DNA from: Allocoleopsis franciscana PCC 7113
Lineage (GTDB): Bacteria > Cyanobacteriota > Cyanobacteriia > Cyanobacteriales > Coleofasciculaceae
Direction of reading: 5' to 3'
Length of the DNA stretch: 64,000 nucleotides
Assembly: GCF_000317515.1 (NCBI RefSeq)
Contig: NC_019738.1
Span: forward strand, 2,001,623 to 2,065,622
Of the stretch, positions 21,401 to 30,000 are shown in pieces. The first letter of the stretch is position 1. Each line of letters starts with the position of its first letter. Below the pieces are notes generated by a model that did no database searches, was not told the origin of the DNA, and saw only the letters and a program-made list of their open reading frames with translations. The translations under genes were made by a program, and so were the position numbers.

Positions 21401-23383
21401 CGACTCTAGAGGTGTGGAGGAACTAGGAGGTTCTACGGTGTCGATACAGAGGCGTGTGATATTTTCTGACCATTCTAAGGAGGTGTCGAGCCAAGATTGA
21501 GTGAGTATGCACTGCACTTGTGCTTCTTCTAATAGATGTTGCCGACGTTCGCTAGGGAGTCCGGGGTCAATCGGTACATAAGCAGCACCAGATGCGAGAA
21601 TGGCTAAGGCAGCGACGACTTGCTCCCAGCCTTTCTCCATGACAATTGCTACTAGTTGGTTGGGGCGAATACCTTGTTGTCGCAGTTGATGGGCGAGGTG
21701 ATTGGCGCGATCGCATAATTCCTGATAGGTTAGAGTGCGACTAGAGGTAACGACAGCAGCAAGCTTAGGATGCAAAGCGACTTGCTCAAAAAACAAGGTC
21801 TGGAGTAAGGCTCCTTCCGCAATGGGTGTCTCAGTGGCATTAATCGCGGCTATTTGCTTGAGCTGTGCTGAGGGCAACAGTTGCCGTGTTGTTGTTTGCC
21901 AAAGGTCTTCTTCATGTGCCAGACGATTCAGGAAGTCACAGTAAGCGGCAAACATATCATCCAGGAGTCCTGGAGGAAAGACTTCCTCAACAGCATCCCA
22001 ATCGAGAACCAGAGTACCTTCTCTTTCAGAAACCTGAAGGTCTAGATAAACCTGGGGTGTCTGGCTGAGAGCATAGACGAGTTTTCCTAACCGATCAATT
22101 GATGATAACGATTGTTCATTGGGTGCGTTACCAATTTGAGGTTTAGTTAACTTTTCTCGACTTAGGTTTTCTTGAGTTAGCCTGCTAGTAAAGACAACTG
22201 GCATTAGTGCCTCTGACTGACGCTTTTGCCTGCGAGCTAACTCCCGTAAAACTTTCACGCCACTAAAATAGCGGTAGTCAAAGTCTTGCCAAAGTTGCTT
22301 TTGAATACGTTGCGATCGCTGTGCAAAAGACTCCTGCTGTGAGTTGTCCACTGCTAGTAAATTCAATGATGTAAAGTCCCCAACAATCTGATTCACTTCG
22401 GGGTGCAGGGGTAGACGATTGAAAAGAGTCAGATTGATCGTAAATCTGGGACTTTTACTCCAAACGGTTAGGATTTCGGCAAAAGCAGCTAGCAATATTC
22501 CCGAAGCGGTCAAGTTTGCTTCAGTAGCTCTCCTCTTGAGACAATGCCAGGTATCTGGAGCTAATTTGCCACTGCGGCGCAGAAAACGGGGGTATTTGAC
22601 AGTTGCCGGACTTTTATCGAGGGGGAGTTCAGGAGAAGAGGGTAAGCTAGCCAGACGACTTTGCCAATATTCTTGTGCTTTCAGATAAAGTTGTGAATTT
22701 CGTAGGTCAATTTCAGCTAGGACGTAATCCCGAAATGAAAGTTCATAAGGAGCAAGATAAATATCCGGATTTTGGATTAAATCAGCTAGTTCCCCCAGCA
22801 AGATTTCAAAACTCCAACCGTCACCAATCAATACCTCTAAGCTGATATAAAGTCTGGCTTTACTCTTGTCTAACTTAGCAACTCGAATGTCAAATAAAGG
22901 CCAGGTGTCAGCAGGCAAGACTTGGTGGGACATTTGATTGCGAATTTCTGCTAACTGAGAAGCCACTAGTTCAGAACTTTTCCCACGCAAGTCCACCACC
23001 TTAATTTTGTACGGAGGTACCTGCTCCAAAATCTGCTGTTGCCCATCAGAGTTGATAATCATTCGCAACATCTCGTGATGGTCGATCAGTCGTTGCCAAG
23101 CTTTTTCAAATCTTTCTAGGTCTAAATCCGCCGTTTCAATCTCTAAATATCCATGACTTGATACATTACTTAACTCAAAAATACCACTACGACCAATCCA
23201 GTAAGCCTGCTGAACATCAGTGAGTGGGAATGGTTGGTATCGATCATCTGGATTGGGAACTATTGTGGGTAGTTCTTCGGTTTTGGACTTAACTTCACCA
23301 CGTAAACGCTTTTCAAGAAGTGCTTGTTTAGCAGGTGAAAATTTAGACTTAAGTTTGATAACTTCTTCTTCGGGTGATAACAT
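15413..23383 (-). CDS. Bimodular NRPS Cy-A(Cys-type)-PCP-C-A-PCP-E
   Basis: Cy motif FPLTDVQQAYWIGR and core EVLIGDGWS. A1 FDLSVYDIFGTLAAGG (Cys-type core). PCP1 FFELGGHSLLATQL. C MHHIVADGWS. A2 FSFDVSVWEF. PCP2 FFELGGDSILTIQ. C-terminal E domain LTPIQKWFF ... HHLVVDGVSW. Confidence 0.9.
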   Translation of the reverse strand: MLSPEEEVIKLKSKFSPAKQALLEKRLRGEVKSKTEELPTIVPNPDDRYQPFPLTDVQQAYWIGRSGIFELSNVSSHGYLEIETADLDLERFEKAWQRLIDHHEMLRMIINSDGQQQILEQVPPYKIKVVDLRGKSSELVASQLAEIRNQMSHQVLPADTWPLFDIRVAKLDKSKARLYISLEVLIGDGWSFEILLGELADLIQNPDIYLAPYELSFRDYVLAEIDLRNSQLYLKAQEYWQSRLASLPSSPELPLDKSPATVKYPRFLRRSGKLAPDTWHCLKRRATEANLTASGILLAAFAEILTVWSKSPRFTINLTLFNRLPLHPEVNQIVGDFTSLNLLAVDNSQQESFAQRSQRIQKQLWQDFDYRYFSGVKVLRELARRQKRQSEALMPVVFTSRLTQENLSREKLTKPQIGNAPNEQSLSSIDRLGKLVYALSQTPQVYLDLQVSEREGTLVLDWDAVEEVFPPGLLDDMFAAYCDFLNRLAHEEDLWQTTTRQLLPSAQLKQIAAINATETPIAEGALLQTLFFEQVALHPKLAAVVTSSRTLTYQELCDRANHLAHQLRQQGIRPNQLVAIVMEKGWEQVVAALAILASGAAYVPIDPGLPSERRQHLLEEAQVQCILTQSWLDTSLEWSENITRLCIDTVEPPSSSTPLESIQQPSDLAYVIYTSGSTGKPKGVMIDHRGAVNTILDINQRFNVQPQDRVFALSSLSFDLSVYDIFGTLAAGGTIVIPDADATKDPAHWAQLIVQHQVTIWNSVPALMQMLVEYAANRSELLPQSLRLVMLSGDWLPLSLPDQIRTLFQDVQVISLGGATEASIWSILYPIEKVDPTWKSIPYGRPMRHQHFYVLNEALEPCPVWVTGQLYIGGIGLAKGYWRNPEKTNASFIIHPRTQERLYKTGDLGRYLPDGNIEFIGRIDHQVKIRGFRIELGEIEAVLNTHPQIQQAVVIATEDIASNQRLVAYIVTRDESLTNNQLREFLFSKLPEYMVPNVFVTLDTLPLTPNGKVDRKALPAPDGEINREHQCVAPRTPSEEIIANIFASVLGVQNVGIHDNFFELGGHSLLATQLISRLRVAWDVEIPLRTVFESPTVAQLEQTLTQLRTTNSGLSLPPIQPRTEGEQIPLSFAQQRLWFLNQLEGSSATYNLSGALRITGNLNVHALQQALSEILRRHEVLRTSFQTVNGTPIQVIHPEATLNITLVDLERLEVPERETVLHQQLQLEAITEFNLEIAPLIRCSLLQLSATESVLLLTMHHIVADGWSIGVFIQELSSLYQAFCTGEPSPLAKLPIQYADFAVWQRQWLCGEVLETQLNYWQQQLQGAPDLLQLPTDRPRPSVQTYRGTTQSFTLDTDLTQKLQTLSQESGTTLFMTLLAAFATLLYRYSGQEDILIGSPIANRHRREIESLIGFFVNTLVLRTRFEDNPSMKDLLAQVRDTTLKAYEHQDVPFEQVVEVLQPQRSLSHSPLFQVMFVLQNAPMGEVELPGVTLTQLERESTIAKFDLTVLITETSQGLVGEWEYNSDLFDGSTIERMAAHFQNLLSAIVENPQQTVAELPLLSEAQQHKLLREWNQTQADYPKDVCIHQLFEEQVERTPDAVAVVFENQQLTYRELNARANQLAHYLQELGVKPEVLVGICVERSLDMVIGLLGILKAGGAYVPLDPTYPPERLAFMLEDAQVPVLLTQFQLLETLPTHQAKVFCLDTDGEMLANRSQENPDSGATTDNLAYVIYTSGSTGTPKGAMNTHQGICNRLVWMQETYQLTIGDRILQKTPFSFDVSVWEFFWPLMTGARLVVAKPGGHQDSAYLVKLIATEQITTLHFVPSMLQVFLEEPRLETCNGLKRVICSGEALPFELTQRFFARLDAELHNLYGPTEAAIDVTFWQCQRQSERQTVPIGRPIANTQIYILDSHLTPTPIGVPGELYIGGDGLARGYLNRPELTAEKFIPNPFGKAEGRRLYKTGDLARYLPNGEIEFLGRIDHQVKVRGFRIELGEIEAALNQHPAVRETVVLAQEKVQGDKRLIAYIVTEQQLAPSINDLRRFLKEKLPEYMVPSVFVQLEALPLTPNGKIDRKVLPAPDTVRPELDKAFVAPRTPVETTLVEIWSQVLGVEQVGIYDNFFELGGDSILTIQIVARANQAGLQLTPKQLFEYQNIADLAAVAVTKKVLLAEQGLVTGVVFLTPIQKWFFEKNLSDPHHFNQAVLLEVRQAIDLALLEQALQHLLLHHDVLRLRFEPIESGWQQVQSSPDVSVPLTRWDFSALAEAEQTLAIEATATELQASLNLSTGLLVRVGFFDLGVHQPSRLLIVIHHLVVDGVSWRILLEDLQTAYQQLSQGEQVQLPAKTTSFQQWSQKLGEYVRSTALQQELDYWRRQSRKPSIPLPVDFPGGENTMASVGCVSSTLSFSETQALLKEVPQIYNTQINDVLLTALVQAFAQWTGERTLLVNIEGHGREDIADDVDLSRTVGWFTTIFPVLLNLGEASNPGDALKKVKEQLRGIPNRGIGYGVLRYLSDDPEITEQLRTLPQAEVIFNYLGQFDQTLSESSLFGLTQESSGLARSLRGKRSHLLEIDGLVSQGQLQLKWSYNHKVHRRSTIETLAQGFVEALRSLIAHCQSPEAGGFTPSDFPLAQLGQDDLDAVLGMVEFEGGGAR

Positions 23384-23437
23384 CTTTTTCGTAACTAAAA
23401 CTACCTAAAAATATGCCTTATTAATCATTTTTAATTT

Positions 23438-24508
23438 CTAAGAAATAATCTTTACTTTCATATACTCAGGCCAAAGTTGAATTCGCGTTAGTTCATTTTC
23501 CATAACTACCAACTCGCCCCTCTTTTCAATTTCCTTGAAACCCGCAAACTTATAAGAGATATACATCATCCGATTGCGATTATTGGAAACGAACTCTGCA
23601 CACAGACGAACCTTATTTTCCTTAGCCAGCTTGATAATGTAGTTGAGCATCACTGTGCCGACACCCCTAGACATGACGCGGCAAGACATTAACAATAACT
23701 TAATCGTCCACAGGCTTTCTTGGCATTCCACAAGAGCTAGCCCAATTTTTCCATAACTTCCATATTTATCTTCCAAACTGGCAATTAGCAGTTTGTGCTG
23801 ATTCGATTGCCGAAACTGATTGAGTTCATCGTAGGAGTATGTATAGCCAGTTGTGTTAAGTTGGTTTGTTCGTACCGTTAATTCTTCAGCTCGCTGTAAA
23901 TCCTCTTCTTGAGCCGAAGAGATAGTGAAGTGCATATTGAGTGTAGCTAAGAATTCTTCTTGAGGGCCTACGAATTCTGACTCTACCTTCTGGCGTTTTA
24001 TATCGCTAAGATACATCAACCTTCTCTTTTTTGAATCCTCTGTAATAAAACGAGGATTCATTTCTGGCATATCAAGCAACTGCTCCAGAGTGGCGGCATT
24101 AATACAGAGAACTTCAGGCAGTGAAAAACTGACTTCTTCCAACTCAAATGGCTGATCGTCAACAAAAGCTATTGTATCTATACCGATGTTGATTGATTTA
24201 GCAATTTCCTGAATAGAGGAAGCCTTAGAATTCCAGTTGATTTGTGGATACAAAAAATACTCATGCAATCCCAGCTCCTCTAGTTTCGCCATTGCTTTGC
24301 CATACTCATTTTTGCTGGCAACGGATTGGAGTATTCCTCGACTGTCCAAGGTTTTGATGATACCGACTATATTGTCTTTTAAGGAAACGCGATCGTCCTC
24401 CAATAATACGCCATTCCATAGGGTATTATCCAAATCCCAAACTACACATTTAATCGTTTTTTGACTAACTAGATTAGTTTCTACTTTCTCTGAATTTAGA
24501 CTTACCAT
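23438..24508 (-). CDS. FkbH-like HAD-superfamily glyceryl-ACP-forming enzyme
   Basis: N-terminal HAD motif I WDLDNTLW. Length about 356 aa. C-terminal half carries a conserved Cys (LLLMSCRVMSRG). Co-located with acyl-dehydrogenase, ACP and 3-hydroxyacyl dehydrogenase, as in hydroxy/methoxymalonyl-ACP cassettes. Confidence 0.7.
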   Translation of the reverse strand: MVSLNSEKVETNLVSQKTIKCVVWDLDNTLWNGVLLEDDRVSLKDNIVGIIKTLDSRGILQSVASKNEYGKAMAKLEELGLHEYFLYPQINWNSKASSIQEIAKSINIGIDTIAFVDDQPFELEEVSFSLPEVLCINAATLEQLLDMPEMNPRFITEDSKKRRLMYLSDIKRQKVESEFVGPQEEFLATLNMHFTISSAQEEDLQRAEELTVRTNQLNTTGYTYSYDELNQFRQSNQHKLLIASLEDKYGSYGKIGLALVECQESLWTIKLLLMSCRVMSRGVGTVMLNYIIKLAKENKVRLCAEFVSNNRNRMMYISYKFAGFKEIEKRGELVVMENELTRIQLWPEYMKVKIIS

Positions 24509-24511
24509 TTG

Positions 24512-25696
24512 TCAAATCTTTGCCACTAATTCTTGAGATATTACAGGGCGAGTCGGTGGAAACAGATGTTCTTGGTAACCATACTCAGCGATGGTAATTT
24601 GTTGAATCTGGTTGCTACCTTCAATAATTTCCATGATTTTGGCGTCTCGCAAATACCGTTGAACAGAGTATTCACTACTACAACCATTACCGCCATGAAT
24701 TTGTACTGCATCATTTGCCGCTTTAGTTGCCGTTGTGGAGGCAAAATATTTGGCAATTGAAGTTTCCATAATTGATTTAGGAGCGCCAATATCTTTGAGG
24801 TAGCCTGCTTGATAACATAGCAGTCTCGCTGCTTTGACATTGACAAGCATCTCAGCAATCATTTGTCGAATTAATTGGTGTTCTTTGAGATAGACACCAA
24901 ATTGCTGGCGTTGACTCGTATATTGAATGCAAGCTTCTAAACAGGCTTGGGCAATACCTACACAACCCCAAGCTACGCTATATCTTCCATAATCCAGTGC
25001 AGAAGAAGCCACATGGGAAAAACCAAAACCCTGCCTACACACAAGGTTTTCCAACGGAATTTTACAATCATGCAGGTGCAGTTCTGCTAACATTGAAGCT
25101 CTCACACCTAACATCCCAAAAATGGGTTTGATTGTCAATCCTGGGCTATTTTTTTCGACTAAGAATGCTGATGGCTTACCTTCACACTGAGCAAAGACTA
25201 AAAAGACATCCGCAATTTGCCCATAAGTAATCCATTTTTTTTGCCCATTTAATACATAAAAATCTCCCGAACGTGTGGCTGTCGTCTCTATACTTTTGGC
25301 ATCGCTGCCGACGTTAGGTTCGCTCAATGCAAAAGCCGCAATGACTTCTCCAGATGCTAATTTAGGCAACCAATTTTCTTTTTGAAATTTGTTGCCCCAC
25401 TTGAGCAGAGCCTGAGATACCATATTATGAACTGTCAGCAAGCTCCTGAGTGAAGAACAGCCTCGTCCAATTTCTTCATTCAAAAGACCGTATGTAATTG
25501 CATCCATTCCACTGCCACCTTTATCTTTAGGTAAGGCAGCACCTAAATATCCTTGTTGAGCTAGTTTTTCAATGAGTTCTGGGGGCGTATGTTCTTTGCG
25601 ATCGCATCGATTTGCATAAGGAATTATTGCTTCGTCTACAAAAGCTTTGAATTCAGATCGAGCTTGGTTTTGCTGAGGAGTTAATTCTATTCGCAT
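24512..25696 (-). CDS. Acyl-CoA/acyl-ACP dehydrogenase (FAD; FkbI-like)
   Basis: ACAD signatures LSEPNVGSDA and YQAGYL. C-terminal catalytic region IMEIIEGSNQI. Confidence 0.85.
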   Translation of the reverse strand: MRIELTPQQNQARSEFKAFVDEAIIPYANRCDRKEHTPPELIEKLAQQGYLGAALPKDKGGSGMDAITYGLLNEEIGRGCSSLRSLLTVHNMVSQALLKWGNKFQKENWLPKLASGEVIAAFALSEPNVGSDAKSIETTATRSGDFYVLNGQKKWITYGQIADVFLVFAQCEGKPSAFLVEKNSPGLTIKPIFGMLGVRASMLAELHLHDCKIPLENLVCRQGFGFSHVASSALDYGRYSVAWGCVGIAQACLEACIQYTSQRQQFGVYLKEHQLIRQMIAEMLVNVKAARLLCYQAGYLKDIGAPKSIMETSIAKYFASTTATKAANDAVQIHGGNGCSSEYSVQRYLRDAKIMEIIEGSNQIQQITIAEYGYQEHLFPPTRPVISQELVAKI

Positions 25697-25767
25697 TTTA
25701 CACTTAAATCACAACAAAATCCATTCTTCTCTGTCCAGATCCCCGACTTCTTCAAGAAGTTTGGGAT

Positions 25768-26022
25768 CTAGATCGAGCCTATAGCTACATTTGTCTTAGA
25801 TTGGATCAACCGATTCATCGCTTCAATAGTTCTAAAGTTATCAAAATCGAGGTCTTCGTTTTCAATCGTGACATTAAACTCTTTTTCTAGAAATAGAACC
25901 AGTTGCATGGCAAACATCGAATTAACAAAACCTAGAGCAAAGATATCTTCATCATCTTGGAGTTGATGATTGCCGAAATACTGGGAAAGAAAATTTTTGA
26001 TTTTAGATTTAGCTGCTTGCAT
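25768..26022 (-). CDS. Discrete acyl carrier protein (FkbJ-like)
   Basis: 84 aa, acidic. Carrier-protein serine motif ALGFVNSMFAMQLV in a four-helix-sized protein. Confidence 0.65.
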   Translation of the reverse strand: MQAAKSKIKNFLSQYFGNHQLQDDEDIFALGFVNSMFAMQLVLFLEKEFNVTIENEDLDFDNFRTIEAMNRLIQSKTNVAIGSI

Positions 26023-26062
26023 GGTGAGTTATCTTGTGTGAATTACTGCAAATTTAAGAAGT

Positions 26063-26917
26063 TCAGGTATAAGCATAAAAACCTTGCCCGCTTTTTCGAC
26101 CATACAACCCTGCATCTACCATTTTCTTGAGCAAAGGGCAGGGTCTATATTTACTGTCGTTAAAGCTTTCGTATAGAACTTCAATAGAGAAGAGAATCGT
26201 ATCTAATCCGATTAAATCAGCGGTTTCAAGAGGTCCCATTTTGTGACCAAAGCAGGTTTTGAAGATTCTATCTACATCGGAGGCTGAAGCAACTTGGTCT
26301 TGCAAAAGAAAAATTGCTTCATTAATAGTTAACATCAGTACACGATTAGAAACAAAACCGGGAGAATCATTGACTAGGATGCATTCTTTGCCCATCTGAG
26401 CCAACATTTTTTTTGCGGTTTCAATAGTTTCCTCAGAGGTATGATAGCCGCGAATCGTTTCCACCATTGATTTCATTGGTACAGGATTCATGAAATGCAT
26501 ACCAATGACTTTAGGGGCACGCTGAGTTACTGAAGCAATGCGAGTAATGGGAATAGCAGATGTATTGGCGGCAAAGACTGATTCTTTAGGACAAATGGTA
26601 TCAAGTTGAGAGTAAACCTGGTTTTTAATATTCCATTTTTCTGTCGTGTTTTCAATAACGAATTCCGCAGATTCTAGAAATTGATAATTAGTTGTAAATT
26701 TAATTCGCTGGAGGACTTCTTTGGGATTTTCGGTTTTCTCGCTTTTATTGAAAAAACCTTGAAAACGAATATTTTTACTAATTTCCTGTTTCGCCTGCTC
26801 CAAAATCTTATCGGAAATATCAACAAGAATCACTTGATGTCCGGTTTGGGCAAGGTTTTGTGCTACCCCGATACCCATAACACCAGCTCCGACTACACCA
26901 ACTGTTTGAATGTTCAT
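26063..26917 (-). CDS. 3-hydroxyacyl-CoA (ACP) dehydrogenase, NAD-binding (FkbK-like)
   Basis: N-terminal Rossmann VGVVGAGVMGIGVA. HBD-family C-terminus GRKSGQGFY. Confidence 0.85.
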   Translation of the reverse strand: MNIQTVGVVGAGVMGIGVAQNLAQTGHQVILVDISDKILEQAKQEISKNIRFQGFFNKSEKTENPKEVLQRIKFTTNYQFLESAEFVIENTTEKWNIKNQVYSQLDTICPKESVFAANTSAIPITRIASVTQRAPKVIGMHFMNPVPMKSMVETIRGYHTSEETIETAKKMLAQMGKECILVNDSPGFVSNRVLMLTINEAIFLLQDQVASASDVDRIFKTCFGHKMGPLETADLIGLDTILFSIEVLYESFNDSKYRPCPLLKKMVDAGLYGRKSGQGFYAYT

Positions 26918-27005
26918 TTTCAGATCTACCTCATGTAGAGTTTTTGGACATGGGTGTATAGTAATGCTGCCAAAATTGTATTGTGATGTATTGATTTTGT
27001 TTCTT

Positions 27006-30000
27006 TTATTTGCTGGTAATTTCTCTCATAAGCTTCTGAGCATCTTCTTCAGTTATTTCTGCTATTTCCCTTATGATTATTTCTTCTATAAACAGAGCCA
27101 ACTCCGCTACAGATGGTTTCTGAAACAAGCTAATTAAAGGTATTTCTACTTGTAGTTCTTGGCGAATTATTAGAAACATTTTGGTTGCTATTAAAGAGTT
27201 TCCGCCCAATTCAAAAAAGTTGTCATGAATACCTACTTTATCGATTCCCAAAAACTCTTGGAATAATTGAGCAATCCGGTGTTCAATTTCACTGCTAGGA
27301 ACAACATAGGTAGTCCGCAGGTTTGAGCGCGGATACAGAGAGGGGGTTGCCTCACTGCCCTTTACTTTTTCAGGATACTGGCTAGACTTATGCTTAATAA
27401 GCTTATCGACTTCTGTTTCTATATCACTCTGCCAGATAGCAACCTGAGGAATTAGACGATTAGATAAAAGACGTTTAAAAATTTCCACAACTTGTTCATG
27501 AAAAACCTCAATTTTTCTTGGGTCTGGGGCTATACCTCTAAGGGCTAAGAAGGCATCTTCATAGTGAAACCAATTTACACTACACCAATTACTATTACCA
27601 AGCTGGTTCTGCCTGTGAACCCAGGCATCCATGAAAAGATTAGCCGCAGTATAGGAAGCAAACCCTGTTCCTCCAAAGATAGCTCCCATTGAGGACATCA
27701 ATATGCAAAAATCAATTTCTCTGTCTTGCAAAACTTTATCTAACGTATAAAGTCCATACACCTTAGCTTGAAAGTGCCAGTTAGATTCGGTGTAGCTTGT
27801 ATCCAAAATTGAATTAATGATCTTATCTTGATCGAGAATTGCAGCTGCATGGATCACCCCATTAAGCTTGCCAAATCGCTTTTCAGTCTGCGTAATAACT
27901 CTTCGCATGTGGATTTCATTCGCCACGTCTGCGCTGATGACGAGAACATCAGCACCTAAATCTTCCAATTCTTGGATTTTCCTGATTCTGGTGCTTACTC
28001 GATTTTGTTGCTCATGATTTGCCAGCCACTGCTCCCATTCTTCTTTAGGAGGTAATGCTGAACGTCCTGTCAATACAAGCTTGGCTTGTACAGTTTGCAC
28101 TAGGTATTTAGCTAGTGTCAAACCAAATCCTCCTAATCCGCCTGTTATTAAATACACGCCCCCTTGACGCAATTGTTTGGGAGACTCAACTGGATTATCG
28201 AATCTTACAGGCTCAAATACTTGCCGCCAACGCTGATTAGCCCTATAGGCGATTACCAAATCAGATGACTTTCCAGTGATTTCTGCTAAGAGTTGGTCTA
28301 TTAGTTTATCCTTCGACCAACTTCCTAATTTGGGCAGTACTAAATCAACACTTTGGCAGGTGATATTACTATACTCTTGGGGAATGACCTTACACAGTCC
28401 CAACAAGGTTATCTTTTCCGGATATGACACATCAGTGCTCTCTACAGCGTACATACTATTGGACAACACCCAAAGTCGAAGAGGAATAGTAATCCGTTGC
28501 TTACTGAGAGCCTGCGTAAGAAAGAGCAGACTGTAGAAACCTAAGTGCTGAGCTTCTTCAAATAGCTCTACTCCTGATGGTATTTGTTCGTGAGAAGTGA
28601 TACTCCACGAGTGAATCACAGTACTGGGAATTTTGTCCAAAAAATCAAGTTTTTTGAGTAAGGAATGGTAGTCCTCTTTCCTTTGAGGATTGATAGTGTA
28701 TTCCCATTCACTAACTTGGTCAAATTGTTCTCCTACCCTTACACTGATGACATCTTGACCCTCGTTTTCTATTCTTGCCGCAATTTGAGAACCTATTCCG
28801 CATTCATCGACAAATACCAGCCAGCAGGACTTTTGCTTTGCCAAGCTACCCACTTCAAGCGGAACAGGCGGCATCGACTGTTTCCAGACTGGAATGTAGA
28901 ACCAGTCTGCTATGTCCAGCTTTTTCTCTAAGGAGGCTTGATCTATGGACACAGTCTGTCCCGCTTGGGGAGAGTCAACCCAGTAGCGCTGGCGCTCAAA
29001 GGGATAAGTCGGTAATGGGACACGTTCGCGGTACTCCTCGGCATAGAACTTCGACCAATCGATTTGAATTCCCGATAGCCACAACTGACCCAAAGCGTTG
29101 AGCAAAAACGCTAAATCCGACTGTTGAGTATAGGCATCGCGAAGAGAGGGTAGCACAACTTTATCTGCCACCTGCTCGCTTTCTAAACACTGTAATGCCA
29201 AACTACTCAATGTCTGTCCTGGCCCCACTTCCAACAAAATCGGTTGCTGTTGTTTCCATAACTCATTCACCCCATCGGCAAATAGCACAGGTTGGCATAG
29301 ATGCTGCGTCCAGTAGCTGGGGTCTGTGGCTTGGGCTGCTGTTATCCAAGTTCCCGTAACATTGGATATGTAAGGGATTTTCGGGGGATTGAGACTGACC
29401 GTTGTTACCAGTTCAGTGAAGGAAGAGGCAATAGGTTCCATCATCTGGGAATGGAAGGCATGAGATGTCTGCAAACGTCGGCAAGCCAAGCCCTTTTCAG
29501 TTAACTGAGAAGCCAATTCATCCACAGCATCTGGGGTTCCGGCAATTACGCAGAGTTTTGAGCCATTCACCGCAGACAAAGACAGTTTCTCTCCTAGGAG
29601 AGGACGTACCTCTTCCTCTGAGAGGGGAACCGCCAACATTGCTCCACCGGGCAACTCTTGAATCATTTGCGCTCTTTTTGTCACAAGAGTCAGAGCATCT
29701 TCCAGAGACAATACTCCCGCCAAAGTTGCCGCGACATACTCACCGATGCTGTAGCCAATCATCGCCGTTGGACGAATTCCCCACGACATCCATAACTGGG
29801 CGAGGGCATACTCGATAACAAAAATTGCCGGTTGAGTAAGATGGGTTTGATTCAGTTTTTGAGTGGCTTCATCGATCGGTTCTGCGTTACGACCAAGCAT
29901 TTTGCGTAGATCGATGCCCGATTGAGGCACACCTGCGATCGCCTGGGTTGGTTGGGAACTTGCCGAAGCCTCGTTCTTCGTGGGATACAGTACATCTCTC

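Noticed and set aside
23438-26917. Methoxymalonyl-ACP (rather than hydroxymalonyl) assignment for the FkbH cassette
   Set aside because: No FkbG-like O-methyltransferase ORF on either strand in the window. Kept as hydroxymalonyl/glyceryl-derived, pending flanks.
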